Origin: Owenia fusiformis
Lineage: Eukaryota
Direction of reading: 5' to 3'
Assembly (NCBI GenBank): GCA_903813345.2
Contig: CAIIXF020000001.1
Location: 11,160,001 to 11,224,000, forward strand
Length of the DNA stretch: 64,000 bases
Shown: positions 1 to 11,511 of the stretch, piece after piece
Layout: each line of letters begins with the position of its first letter
Position numbering within the stretch: the first letter of the stretch is position 1
Position numbers and translations under genes: made by a program
Notes under the pieces: model-generated
Seen by the model: the letters and a program-made list of their open reading frames with translations, nothing else
What the model was told of the DNA's origin: nothing
The model's database searches: none

Positions 1-735
1 ATATCTTTCCAAAAGCATTTATAGAAGTCAGTGGTTAAACCATCTGATCCTGGGGAAATATCTTTTTTCATACGGGAAATAACAGGTAAACACTCACTGT
101 TATTGATAACACCTTCAAGGATGTCATTATCTTGTTAATCTAATGTATTAGGAAAGTTAATAGAATTCAAATAATTTTTTACTTTATTGGTTGGTTGGGA
201 TTTTGATCTATATAATTCGCTATAGAATTTAATTTCTTCTTTCAAAATATCCTCATCTAATCTAAGTATACTATATATATTTTCTGATTTCAATGATGTA
301 ATTGTATTATTTGCCTGACGTGCTTTTTCTAAATTCAGAAAATATTTTGAGTTTTTATCTCCAAATTCTATTTCTTGCTCTTTTGACCTTAAGATGGCAC
401 CCTTTGTTTTGCTTTCAAGGTCTTTTTCAAAAATAGATAAAATTTCAAGCTCTCTAGCTTTTGTAGTGTCAGAAGTATGATCACTACTCTGTATTAAACA
501 AGCTCTTTATTTAGAACATGTAATTTTTTCTTTGAAATTGAACATTTTTTTTGATTGAGAATTGAATTGCAAATTCTTTAATTTTGACTTTCAAAAATTC
601 CCATTTTAATTGTTTTGAGTTAATCTGGTTTAATTCATGTTCATTTATATTTCTAATCAACCCTTTTACTTCGTGTACAAAAGTGCTATCAAGTAAAAGA
701 GAATTATTGAATTTCCAATAACCAGGACCTCGCAT
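1..735 (-). mobile_element. 5'-truncated, frameshifted L1/Tx1-like LINE ORF2 fragment (endonuclease-RT linker into RT start), running off the window
   Basis: The minus strand gives RGPGYWKFNNSLL..KWEFLKVKIK, then GAILRSK..EFGDKNSKYFLNLEK and SPGSDGLTTDFYKCFWKD, typical L1/Tx1 ORF2 motifs. The frame is broken near 511. Confidence 0.85.
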
Positions 736-818
736 GTAGCACATGTAGTTATTTCATACACATTTTAGGATGTTCAAGAAAGAAAATATGTTTAATGTTA
801 TCAAATAGAGGTTTCTAA

Positions 819-1630
819 CCCTACTATCACACCAAACTAGTTTTCACTACGTTCTCGAAAACGGGCTTCAGCTGTGTACGAGCGGACTGGATGTACCTAG
901 AACCGTTTGGGGTCTATTTACAAACTTCACCGAACGTACTCGAACGGGTAGGTCCCCTAGAACTTAGAACATGCTCAAAATGTTCTCGTGGTCGATACGT
1001 TCTACAATAAGAACGAGTGACAACGTACTAACGACGAGCTGGACGTACTACGAACGGAACCGTCGTACTTCAATCCTACTAGGGACGTTTTAACAACGAG
1101 TTAAACTGTCTGAGGACGTATCAAGAACGAGGTAGAACTAATTGCAAACGGGTTTAAACTGATTAAGAACGTATTTCATTTAAGACTGCTTATGAACGAG
1201 TTAGCAAAAATATAGCTATCACACCAAGTAAGTTGCCACTGCGTTCTTCAAAACTGGTTTTAAACTGTGTGCCAACGGAATGAACGTAGCTGCAACTTTC
1301 TAAGGTCTATTTACGAACTTCATGAACCTTCTCAGACGGGAAGGTGATTTTAGAATTTTGAATCGATTCAAAATTCGATGGCGACCATACCGTTCTGTTA
1401 TCAGGTCATGATGACCTTCTAGACTAAGGGACGCGTTCTACGGCGTTGCACACCGACGTGGTGCGACCTGAACGAACTGCGAACGAGATGGACGTATTGA
1501 AGACTGTTTATGAACGAAGTAGCTAATTATTTTAGACATATTTTCCGACCACAGCCAGATTGAGCCCGTTTTACAACTTTTTCGTAGGACTGGCAAGAAC
1601 GGGTAAGAACTAGTTTGGTGTGATAGGGGG
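819..1630. mobile_element. Non-autonomous PIF/Harbinger-like MITE, copy 1
   Basis: TIR CCCTACTATCACACCAAACTAGTT / AACTAGTTTGGTGTGATAGGGGG; TAA TSD (816-818, 1631-1633); empty paralogous site at ~11728-11745. Confidence 0.8.
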
Positions 1631-1644
1631 TAAGGAATTAGTTA

Positions 1645-2452
1645 CCCTACTATCACACCAAACTAGTTCTCACTACGTTCTCGAAAACGGGCTTCAACTG
1701 TGTACGAACGGAGTGGACGAACTAAGAACCGTTTGGGATCTATTTACAAACTTCATCGAACGTACTCGAACGGGTAGGTCCTCTAGAACTTAGACAATGC
1801 TCAAAATGTTCTCGTGGTCGTCAAGATCTACAATTAGAACGAGTGACAACGTACTAACGACGAGCTGGACGTACTACGAACGGAACCGTCGTACTTCAAT
1901 CCTACTAGGGACGTTTTAACAACGAGTTGAACTGTCTGAGGACGTGTTGAGAACGAGGTAGAACTCATTGCAAACGGGTTTAAACTGATTAAGAACGTAT
2001 TTAACACTGCTTATGAACGAGTTAGCAAAAATATAGCTATCACACTAAACAAGTTGCCACTGCGTTCTTCAAAACTGGTTCTAAACTATGTGCGAACGGA
2101 ATGAACGTAGCTGCAACTTTCTAAGGTCTATTTACGAACTTTATGAACGTTCTCAGACGGGAATGTGATTTTAGAATTTTGAATCGATTCAAAATTCGAT
2201 TGCGACCATACCGTTCTGTTATCAGGTCATGATGACCTTCTAGACTAAGGGACTCGTTCTACGGCGTTGCACACCGACGTGGTGCGACCTGAACGAACTG
2301 CGAACGAGATGGACGTATTGAAGACTGTTTAAGAACGAAGAAGCTAATTATTTCAGACATATTTCCCGACCACAGCCAGATTGAGCCCGTTTTACGACGT
2401 TTTCGTAGGACTGGCAAGAACGGGTAAGAACGAGTTTGGTGTGATAGGGGGG
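1645..2452. mobile_element. Non-autonomous PIF/Harbinger-like MITE, copy 2
   Basis: Near-identical to 819-1630 with the same TIRs; TTA TSD (1642-1644, 2453-2455). Confidence 0.8.
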
Positions 2453-2776
2453 TTATTGAAGGAGTAGTTTCAAAGTATCATCAATCATAGGGGTAGAGGT
2501 CCATGCATCCCATGGAAAAAACTCAACGTGTCATGTCAAAATTATAATTTATCTATACAATTGTAAATTGGTCGATGTTTCGCATCTATGATCTATGTGC
2601 TTTTCAAGCAGAGACCTTGTAAAATCAGAATAGGTTCTTGAAAAAATGCATGTCGTTAATGGTTTCAGAGTAGTAAACGTCATGGAGAAGATTATACTTT
2701 ATTTTCTATCATAACTGCTGCACAATTGTTTTCATATCAACCAAAATTTTGTAAAATTTGTCATATCTCTCAACAG

Positions 2777-4145
2777 CTGTTGTTGGTACGACTACAGACT
2801 TCTACTTAATTCCGGGATACAATCCAGATAATCCAAACATGGGCACCCCTGATCCAAATGAAGGAGAAAAAGTTTTCACTTTGGAGATTGAAAACCAATA
2901 TAAAGTAATTTGACTTTAATTAATCTATTAAGGCGCTACGTAAAACTCTATATCAACATTCAACACATCAATTTACATTATAAAACAAGAAAACATTGTA
3001 AGTTACAAAAGGAGAATGCATTCAGACAAGGAGATGCATTAGATAGTGTACATGATAAATAATTTGGTAAAAGAAAAAGCACATTATTCCTACACTTTCC
3101 AAAGCTCAAATATTTGGACACGAAAAACCTTTAAATCGCACCATTTGCACGCAAAACACCCCATTCTGAGATAATAACTCGTTTTCTATTTAGGGACCCC
3201 AGTTTCAAAACAAGCAGAATTTTACAACAGCCCCAAACGATGGAATGTGCGGCATACACCTGATTAACAACACTAAGTATCTACTCACCGGTATGCTAGA
3301 TGCATCCTCACTATTTCTAAATATTACCTAACTATTTTGAATCATCATATTTACTTGTTGGTATCACGTGTGAACCTCGCTCATTAGGATGATGTTATTT
3401 TGCTTAGATCAGAGATAAAAATATATACATTTATACGAGTGATAAACCATGTGAGAAATTAGGGGGGGGGGGAGGGGGGTCACAAGAGATTGCAGCTAGA
3501 TTAGTTATAAATATCCAAATGCATTTCTGAAATACCTATGGCAATTTTCTTAGGGCGTGTTAATGTGGATGGTAGCGCGACTGTGTACTGGTGTGACTGG
3601 CATTCGCCATGGAGCAATCTCACTCCAGAGCAGCAAAGGGGTATAGAAGAGGGCATCTATCAAAACAATTGCGGTTGTGACGTAAGTAACCCGTTTTCAT
3701 CTTTAATAACAGTCTAATCAATTTTGGAATATTATTGATCAGTGTGATCAGTGTTTAGTCAAGTAGAGGGGGATCAGAGAGGCGTGTAGCTCGACTAATT
3801 TGTTCATTTGTTACATTAGAAATACCATACCGTTAATGACTGGCAATCAATTCTTAAGGCTATGGTGTTTTCCCAAATTGATTTCCCTGTCCACTAACAT
3901 GCTCTCAAGGCCATCTGATATATATAGGTTTTCTAATAATATTTTCAATAATTTTTATTAAGGTATGTTCTGTTGGGGGAGGTTTACCATGTGGGGAACG
4001 ATCTTGCCCATATGACTATACAACAGACAGGTGTTTCTACATGCATTCCTATTGCAAGGAAGAGTGCCTTCCAAATGACGCGGAATCCTGGCAGTGTAAC
4101 TGGGATTCAAACGAAGCTTTTGATAGTTGCATCTCGACACCATAA
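2777..4145 (+). CDS. TIMP: TIMP-A, exons 2-5 (2777-2904, 3194-3290, 3554-3681, 3963-4145); exon 1 not in window
   Basis: AG/GT-bounded exons splice in frame: VVGTTTDFYLIPG..ENQYK / GPQ..TTAPNDGMCGIHL..KYLLTG / ..VYWCDWHSPWSNLTPEQQRGI..CGCD / VC..CISTP*. Collinear with TIMP-B. Confidence 0.85.
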
Positions 4146-4206
4146 AAACAATGAGAGAACGTTTATGCTTGTTTTTTAAGTCGCATGTAATGTGAATAGT
4201 CCTTAA

Positions 4207-5637
4207 GGAATATTCCTTGCCAGACCCTTTCTCTCTTGATATGGTAGCTATAATCGTATATATAGTTGCCATATTTAGCAAAACATGGAAAAATGATTTA
4301 ATATGGTCAATATTGATCATTTAAAAATCTAGTGCTTATTTCCAGTGAGCTGCCATCTTTTAAGATTTCTTGCAGGAAGTGATGTCATCAACTCTCAACT
4401 TCTATAACCTTGCCCATAACAGTATAGGAGTATAGCACAAAATCACTTCTAGACAAGTGATCATTACTTTCTGTGCAAAAATATTTTCAGGGCTTGTCAA
4501 CTTAGAATAAAAGAAGAGATTTTCAGGAGGATTAAATAAGATACGAATTTGAAAAAGGATATTTAGCTGGTTTTGTAATTCTTAATAGCTCCTCACCTAA
4601 TGCTATATGCAAAGTTGAGAGTCGATGACATCACTTCCTGTGTGAAATTTTAAAAGATGGCAGCTTACTGGAATTGAGCATCACATTTCTAAGTGATCAA
4701 ATTTGACCATATCAAAACATTTTTGCGTGTTTTGCTAAACATGGCAAGCATATATACACTCCCCTCCATAAGTTTGGCAACCTTTTTTCACCTCTTTACG
4801 TTTGCATTTTATTTACTTAACCGGCCTGATATTAATGGAAACGTAACTTGACTTTATTTCCAATACCTCCAAATTTTCTCAATTTTTTTCTTCAATTACA
4901 ATAGGTCGAAAATTGATGAATATTTGAAAATCGTCATTCCCATGTAATCCAATGGGAAATGGAGGGTTCGGGGTAAATCAGAAATCAGGATATCTTTTCA
5001 GTAAAAGATTCAGCAAAAAATATTTTTATATAGAAAATTGAATTGTCTAACTTTTTTGAACACTAAGTGTTTAGTTTATTTGATGAATATTAAAGTTACA
5101 GCGCTTCAAAGTCAATTTTGAAAATAATTTTTCGCCTCCTGTGTTATTTCAATGGGAGAGGTTTTTTGAAAAACAATTTTGACTTTAAAGCCCTATAACT
5201 TTGTTGAACCTGAAGAAACATATCAATTTTTTGTTAAATAAAGTTAGCAAATTCAATTGCCTGTCTAACTCGTATTTTTTGCAAGGACTCGGATGGATGG
5301 ATATTCTGTCGTATGACTTGCGGCAAACCTACCATTTCCCATTGGTTAACATGGGAATGTCGATTTTCAAAAATTCATCAAATTTATCATCAATTTTCGA
5401 CCTATTGTAATTGAGGAAAAAATTGAGAAAATTTGGAGGTATTGGAATTAAAGTCAAATTACGTTTCCATTAATAGTATAAGTATTTTCATCGCAGATTA
5501 AGTAAATAAAAATTCAAAGGTAAAGAGGCTTTAACACGTAGTTCAATGGTGGAAAAAAGATTGCCAAACTTATGGAGGGGAGTGTATGGTTATAGCTACC
5601 ATATGAGGAGAGAGATGGTTTGGCAAGGAATATTCCT
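4207..5637. mobile_element. Kolobok-like foldback element with long TIRs, hosting a nested MITE
   Basis: TTAA-flanked GGAATATTCCTTGCC..GGCAAGGAATATTCCT. The left arm (4207-4400) pairs with 4590-4756 plus 5587-5637. Absent at the paralogous site ~13881-13890. Confidence 0.65.
4757..5584. mobile_element. Tc1/mariner-type MITE, largely palindromic
   Basis: TA TSD; TIR CACTCCCCTCCATAAGTTTGGCAA. Related ends at ~21778, 44420, 57947 and 60830. Confidence 0.75.
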
Positions 5638-5761
5638 TTAAGACTTTTAACATACCATAGATTTATGAACTTTATTACACATGCATACCCATTAAGGGTT
5701 AAGTGTACACAAAGTAAACACTAATTTTACAAGATATCAATACAACAGAAAACAGTATATA

Positions 5762-7370
5762 CGAGGGTTGATCATAAAGTTCTCATAATATCCCTCTAAT
5801 TTTTTTATTTTTCAGTATATTCTAATGAAATTTTCACAGAATGTGCAGCATAGAATGTCTTATTAATTCAGCAATAAAATATTTAACGGAAATATTAAAT
5901 AACAAATGGTTGCCATAGTAACAGGAAATCAAGGCACCCGGGGCAAATGAAAGTTATTGACAAAATAACTCTAATTTACCATGTTAACAAACAAACTTTG
6001 AACTCTCATAGATTCCCAAACACGTTATAGTGTTAACTTGAATATGTTGTTAAGTGCTTTTACTATTAAAAAATTGATCATGTGGATTGTGTGATGTCGC
6101 AGGGAATGCTTCTATGCTTCATTAGATGTAATACCAGAGCCTGAGACTCGAAGCTAATGATCAGAAATGACTGAGTAGAGAATGCTATAGATGCAGAGAT
6201 CTTCAGAAAAATAAAATTCATACTGCTAAAATGTTATTTCAAGTTTGTAAGATCCTTTGGTCAGATTAAACATGATCTAAAACAAATATATTGCAAATGC
6301 AGGGTGTCAAATAAGTCCCGCCCCCCCCCCTGCTACAGCTAAAACCTTAACAGACTGTACCTAGTGTGATATACCATTGGAAAGATCATCCAAAGTTATG
6401 TTAACTCACCGACTCTCAAGTATTTTGGATGAAATTTACCTATATTTTATGATGTCTTTTATAGTTAACGTGCCCTCTTTTAAGTAGCTTTTTTGCGTCA
6501 AAATAACAAGGATATGACCTCAGAAATATGTTAAAAGGTTAATCTTTTTCGCATTCCGCTTGTTACAAAAAGGTTTTCACCACTTTCCTTGCACCTCTAT
6601 TTTCTACACATCTAACCCTATCCAGAAATTGGTTAAATTCATCGCCATGAACATATTTAGTCATATTTTGGCCCCTTGACCTTTCTTATTCCCGATTCTT
6701 AAAATCCTGCCAAATACGCCATATTGCTACGTTTCTAGGCATATGGTCACCTCAATTGATGCAATCTTAAAATTTGTGAGAATGATTGACATGTGTCAGA
6801 TATGTGCCAATCAACGTAACTTTGGAAGACCTTTCCAATGCTATATCACACTTGGTACCAAATATCTTGGTTTTTGCTGTAGGGGAGGGGCGGGACTTAT
6901 TTGACACCCTGTACATATCTTCAAAATTACACCCTGTGTGTTGTCTGAACATGTTAAAAATGAACTAAAGTGGCAAATCAATTTTCCTCTGCAGTCTGGA
7001 TATTTGACAAAACAGTCATAGGGTCTAACAGTCACTTCTTATGAAGCATATTAATCATCCATCATAATAGTTCACAACAGTCAAGAGCACATATTATTTG
7101 ACTATTTAATGTGTTTGATAGCATATTCGACAACTTATTATGTATTTAAACATGGTTAATGTCTAGCTAGGGTTTTTTATTTGCCCCGGGTGCCCTGATT
7201 TCAAGTTACTATGGCGACCATTTCTTATCTAATGTTTCTATTATTCTAAATATTTTTCCTAGATTAATAAAACATTCCATTCTGCACATTCTGTGAAAAG
7301 TTCATCAGAAAATATTGAAAAATAAAAAAAAATTAGAGAGATATTCTGAGAACTTTATGATCAATCCTCG
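5762..7370. mobile_element. Non-autonomous mariner-like element with ~190-bp TIRs
   Basis: TA-CGAGGGTTGATCATAAAGTTCTCA .. TGAGAACTTTATGATCAATCCTCG-TA; the arms pair out to GCACCCGGGGCAAAT. Confidence 0.75.
6300..6911. mobile_element. Nested Tc1/mariner-type MITE
   Basis: TIR CAGGGTGTCAAATAAGTCCCGCCCC at both ends; TA on the right, TG on the left. Confidence 0.7.
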
Positions 7371-7605
7371 TATAACAACACACACAATTAATACTTCATA
7401 ATAAATAAATAAGTAAATAAATGAACAAATAAATATTAATAACATATGCATTACATAATATAAAGAAAGGTTACGTAATAACGTACGTTACACCTTTAAC
7501 AATTGGATTAGACTCCAAGCAATCACGTAGCTAACTAATTCTATCTACAATTCATTGATTTGAATTTTGACATGTGTTACCCTTTGAGGGTGCTGGATTA
7601 TGATA

Positions 7606-8177
7606 CAGTGTGGTCAAAAAAATGGAAACCCTAATACCATTTTCCTCATATCTTCGTCAATTTAAAAAATAACTCCCTGATATTATACACTTTTGTACAT
7701 CATTCAATTAGCTACCAGCCTACTTTATGTCATGACCATAAGATTGATATTCACAATGTTACAGTACTTTAAAGAGCATGCCCAGTGGCCACTATTGCGT
7801 TGTGGGGAAACCTGTACTCATCGTCTAAAATGTCCCTACCAGGGGGATATGGCAGAGACAGAGTATATGAGAATGACCTCAAGACAATTGCAAACCTCAA
7901 AAGTGAGATCATTTGTGTCATTCAGGCCATACTTGTTGAGGAATGCATTCGGGTCATTGACAACTGTGCTGTTTTGCCTCCAACGCGATAATGGCCAAAT
8001 CTGAAGCATGTTATTCAAAGTGTTGTAGAATTGTGACTATCAGTCTGATGATCATGAAATATGGTAGGGTGGTAGGAAATTGAATGATGTACAAATGTGT
8101 GAAATACCAGGGAGTAATTCTTTAAAGTGACAAAGATATAAGGAAAATGCAGGGTTTCCTTTTTTGACCACCCTTTG
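7606..8177 (+). mobile_element. Internally deleted Tc1/mariner-superfamily element with a transposase C-terminal relic
   Basis: ~150-bp TIRs and TA TSD. The internal frame GYGRDRVYENDLKTIANLKSEI..CIRVIDN resembles the WGYLKxxVY tail of maT/rosa-type transposases. Confidence 0.65.
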
Positions 8178-9509
8178 TATATTACTTGTGTTATTGTATG
8201 TAGCATGCTATATAATCTTATATGTAACTTTGATGTAAGTCTGCATCTTTAACTTGGCTTCAAACCCTGATGCCTTCATTGGTTGAACTTAAGGCTGGGG
8301 CTATATTTAGCACAGTCTGAAGATCTTAGAAGTCTGAAGATCTCTCGGCCCAGGTTCTGTGAATGGATTGAAGCCAAGTAACTGAAACAGACTAATGAAT
8401 AAGCTTGAACTCAGTGATTTAAAATGAAGAAATATTCGTATACAATATACTTGGATTGGACAGAATAACTGACTTGTTATGTTACACTTGATGTAAGGGA
8501 GTTTGGTCTGATGAACATTGAACATTATAAATATTAAACACCAACAGCTGAGCTAAAGGACAATTCCAAAAAAGTCATAGCACTTCAGCAATTAATAAGT
8601 CAACATTACAGTACCCATAAACGACTAAACCACAAATCAATGACTTATTTCAACATGTATTTAATATTTATATGTTCTTTGGAAGCTTAGAAATTATGCA
8701 TCCGCGGTATGAATACTAAATTAATGTACCAGAACTTCAGTTCATAAAAATCATATTACAACATTTTATGATTTATAATGTTATGTTCTTCATAATAACC
8801 CTGCAAGAGATTGAATCATTTTTTGATGTCTAATTCTTCTTATACTTTTATGTAAACACAAGCATGGTAAAACGATTAACACATCTTGCTTCATCAAGCT
8901 TCGGACCTATCCTCACCTTGATTCACCGCAAATTATTAGATATACACTAAATAAACAAACCCCAGATGATGCGCTATCTTGAATATCATTATCCATAGGA
9001 CAGGGCTCCACGATGATAATAATCTGGTTTAAAATTTTGCCCGTGAAATAACTGACTTCTATCAAACTTTTTTTTTTATTTTTTTTATCAAACTTTGATA
9101 CATCAAACTCTTTCACTGTCCAGTTTTCTGGGACACGAATACATCCCTGCCTTCCGTTATCGCTTCTTTTTGATAGGGTTGTAAAGAATTCAGATGAAAT
9201 TTGCCGCAAATCTTTTCAAACAGTTCCTCCATTTTATTTTCTGAATGCTGATTTAGGGGCCTAATTTAAATAGTTCCCTCAACTGTGATTGGCGCACGGA
9301 CTATCCCGCGCACTCCGCGAAGCATTTCTACTAATGAGACGCAACATATTACTTCGGTCTCAAGTTTGTCATATGAACCCACGGGATAGAACGTAGTGAT
9401 TGAGCGGAACCGACGATGCGATTAACACCTGGCTAACTTTTTCAGAAATAGAAAATGCAGTTTATTTCAAAATAGCCTTAGTCGTTTTCAAAAAACTTCA
9501 TTCAATATA

Positions 9510-10927
9510 GCTACGTTCACACCAATGGCGCTTTGATGGCGCTTTAAAGCGGCTTGTAAAGCGGCACCAAAGCGTAACAAAGTTTGATTAAAGCGTCGGG
9601 GTCGTAATAGGTAGTATAACAGCTCGGAGTTAAGCGGGATATTCGGCAAGAGCACTTAAAATGTAAACTGTTCAAGCTACGTTCGCACCAACGGCGCTTT
9701 GATGGCGCTTTAAAGCGGCTTGTAAAGCGGCACCAAATCGTAACAAAGCTTGATTAAAGCGTCGGGGTCGTAATAGGTCGTAGAAAAGCTCGGAGTAAAG
9801 CGGGATAATCGGCAAGAGCGCCAAAAATTTTAAACTGTTTAACAATTTTGGTCGCTCTGTTACGAATTGATTGAAGCGCCGAGAGCGTATCAAAGCTTAA
9901 CAAACCGTAACAAAGCTCAACAAAGCTTGACTCAAAGCGTAGGAAAGCTTAACAGAGCTTGGTTCAAAGCGGTGACCCCAGTCTATTCACGGTCTGTTAC
10001 CACTTGACACGCTTCGTTAAGATGTGTCAAGATTTGCTACGATCTGGCATGAAGATCTGACACGAGGTCAGACGCTTTCATCAATATCTGACACTCTTTG
10101 TTCCACTTTCATGAGGGACTCTCAAGCTTTCCAACGAATTAAGACGCTTTAATCAAGGATTGAAACGCTTTGCTGTACGCTTGACAAGTTTCCACACGCT
10201 ATATCACGCCGTGCGACAAACGTCATGTCTTCTTCAGATAGGTCATGCTCTGGTCCATCTGGAATTTCTGGATCTCGTTGTTCTGCCATCGTGTTCTCGA
10301 GTCAAAGATGCAATGGTTTTATGGATCTACTGCATCTTTATATAGTCATTGGATCAAAAGCGGCATGGAATCGGCGATCTCGACATTTTCCAATGCGTGA
10401 CAGAGCTTAACAGAGCGTAACAATGCACAACAGAGTTTTGCAATCGTATCAGAGCCTGATTTAAAGCGTCATAATCGCATCAAAGCGTAATAATGCTTAT
10501 CAAAGCTTATCAAAGCGTGATTTCAAGCGTAACAAAGCCTGATCAAAGCGGGATCAAAGCGTGAGGAACCTTTTAGAGCTATGTTAAGCTTTCCTACGCT
10601 TTGGATCAAGCTTTTCTGAGCTTTGTTACGGTTTGTTAAGCTTTGATTCGCCCTCGGCGCTTAATCGATTCGTAACAGAGCGCCCAAATTTTTTAAAAAG
10701 TTTAAAATTTTTTGGCGCTCTTGCCGAATATCCCGCTTTACTCTGAGCTTTTCTACGATCTATTACGACCCCGACGCTTTAGTCAAGCTTTGTTACGCTT
10801 TGGTGCCGCTTTACAAGCCGCTTTAAAGCGCCATCAAAGCGCCGTTGGTATGAAGAAAAATGACAAAAATGACGGCGCTTTGCTCGCCGATTTAAAGCGT
10901 GGCATTCGCCGTTGGTGTGAACGTACC
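9510..10927. mobile_element. Harbinger-like non-autonomous element with long internal inverted arms and a duplicated left end
   Basis: TIR GCTACGTTCACACCAA / TTGGTGTGAACGTACC; 9676-9965 is inverted at ~10575-10853; 9510-9675 is directly repeated from 9676. Confidence 0.7.
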
Positions 10928-11511
10928 TTATGCAATATATAGCCTGTAATTTATTACAGTTTTAATTGAATGTTAAGCACTACAAAACGTGTGAAATAAC
11001 ATTTGCTACCTCAACTTCACGGCGAAGCAAGACGAACAAGGTAATGTCAACTGTTATGGAACCATGGCATTATTGAAACTCAACAAGGAGATTAATATTC
11101 TTTCTTAACAATCCATCATCTTTTTCTGTCTCAAATCTGACAAACGTTAATAAATATTAACTCGATGTATTAACAACTATCCCAAACTATGATCTAAAGA
11201 AACTGCTTATAATACCTCATACTTGTACTTTTGCTAGGGGTATAGCCATTAAGATAACCACATAAGAAAATATATTCATTTTTGCCATGTATTGACTCTT
11301 TGTGTATTGTTTGGATCAAACTGCGATCTTTCATCCCAAAACAGGCTTATACTGGGTCTAATCGTTCTCCAGTGGATGTACTTCAATTTGTTGCACTTGT
11401 AGAGGTCATAATTTGAGTTTATGACTTATGATAATTAATCAAATGATTAAATAAAGTAATATAAATTGTCAACGTATTGAAGTTTCACACTTACCTTGAC
11501 ACAAATGCAAA

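Noticed and set aside
3958-4320. ORF-track proteins at 3958-4320, 3973-4179 and 13621-13806
   Set aside because: Wrong frame or strand of TIMP exon 5.
9672-10942. Two similar ORFs on opposite strands (9672-9893, 10712-10942)
   Set aside because: Artefact of the inverted arms of a MITE.
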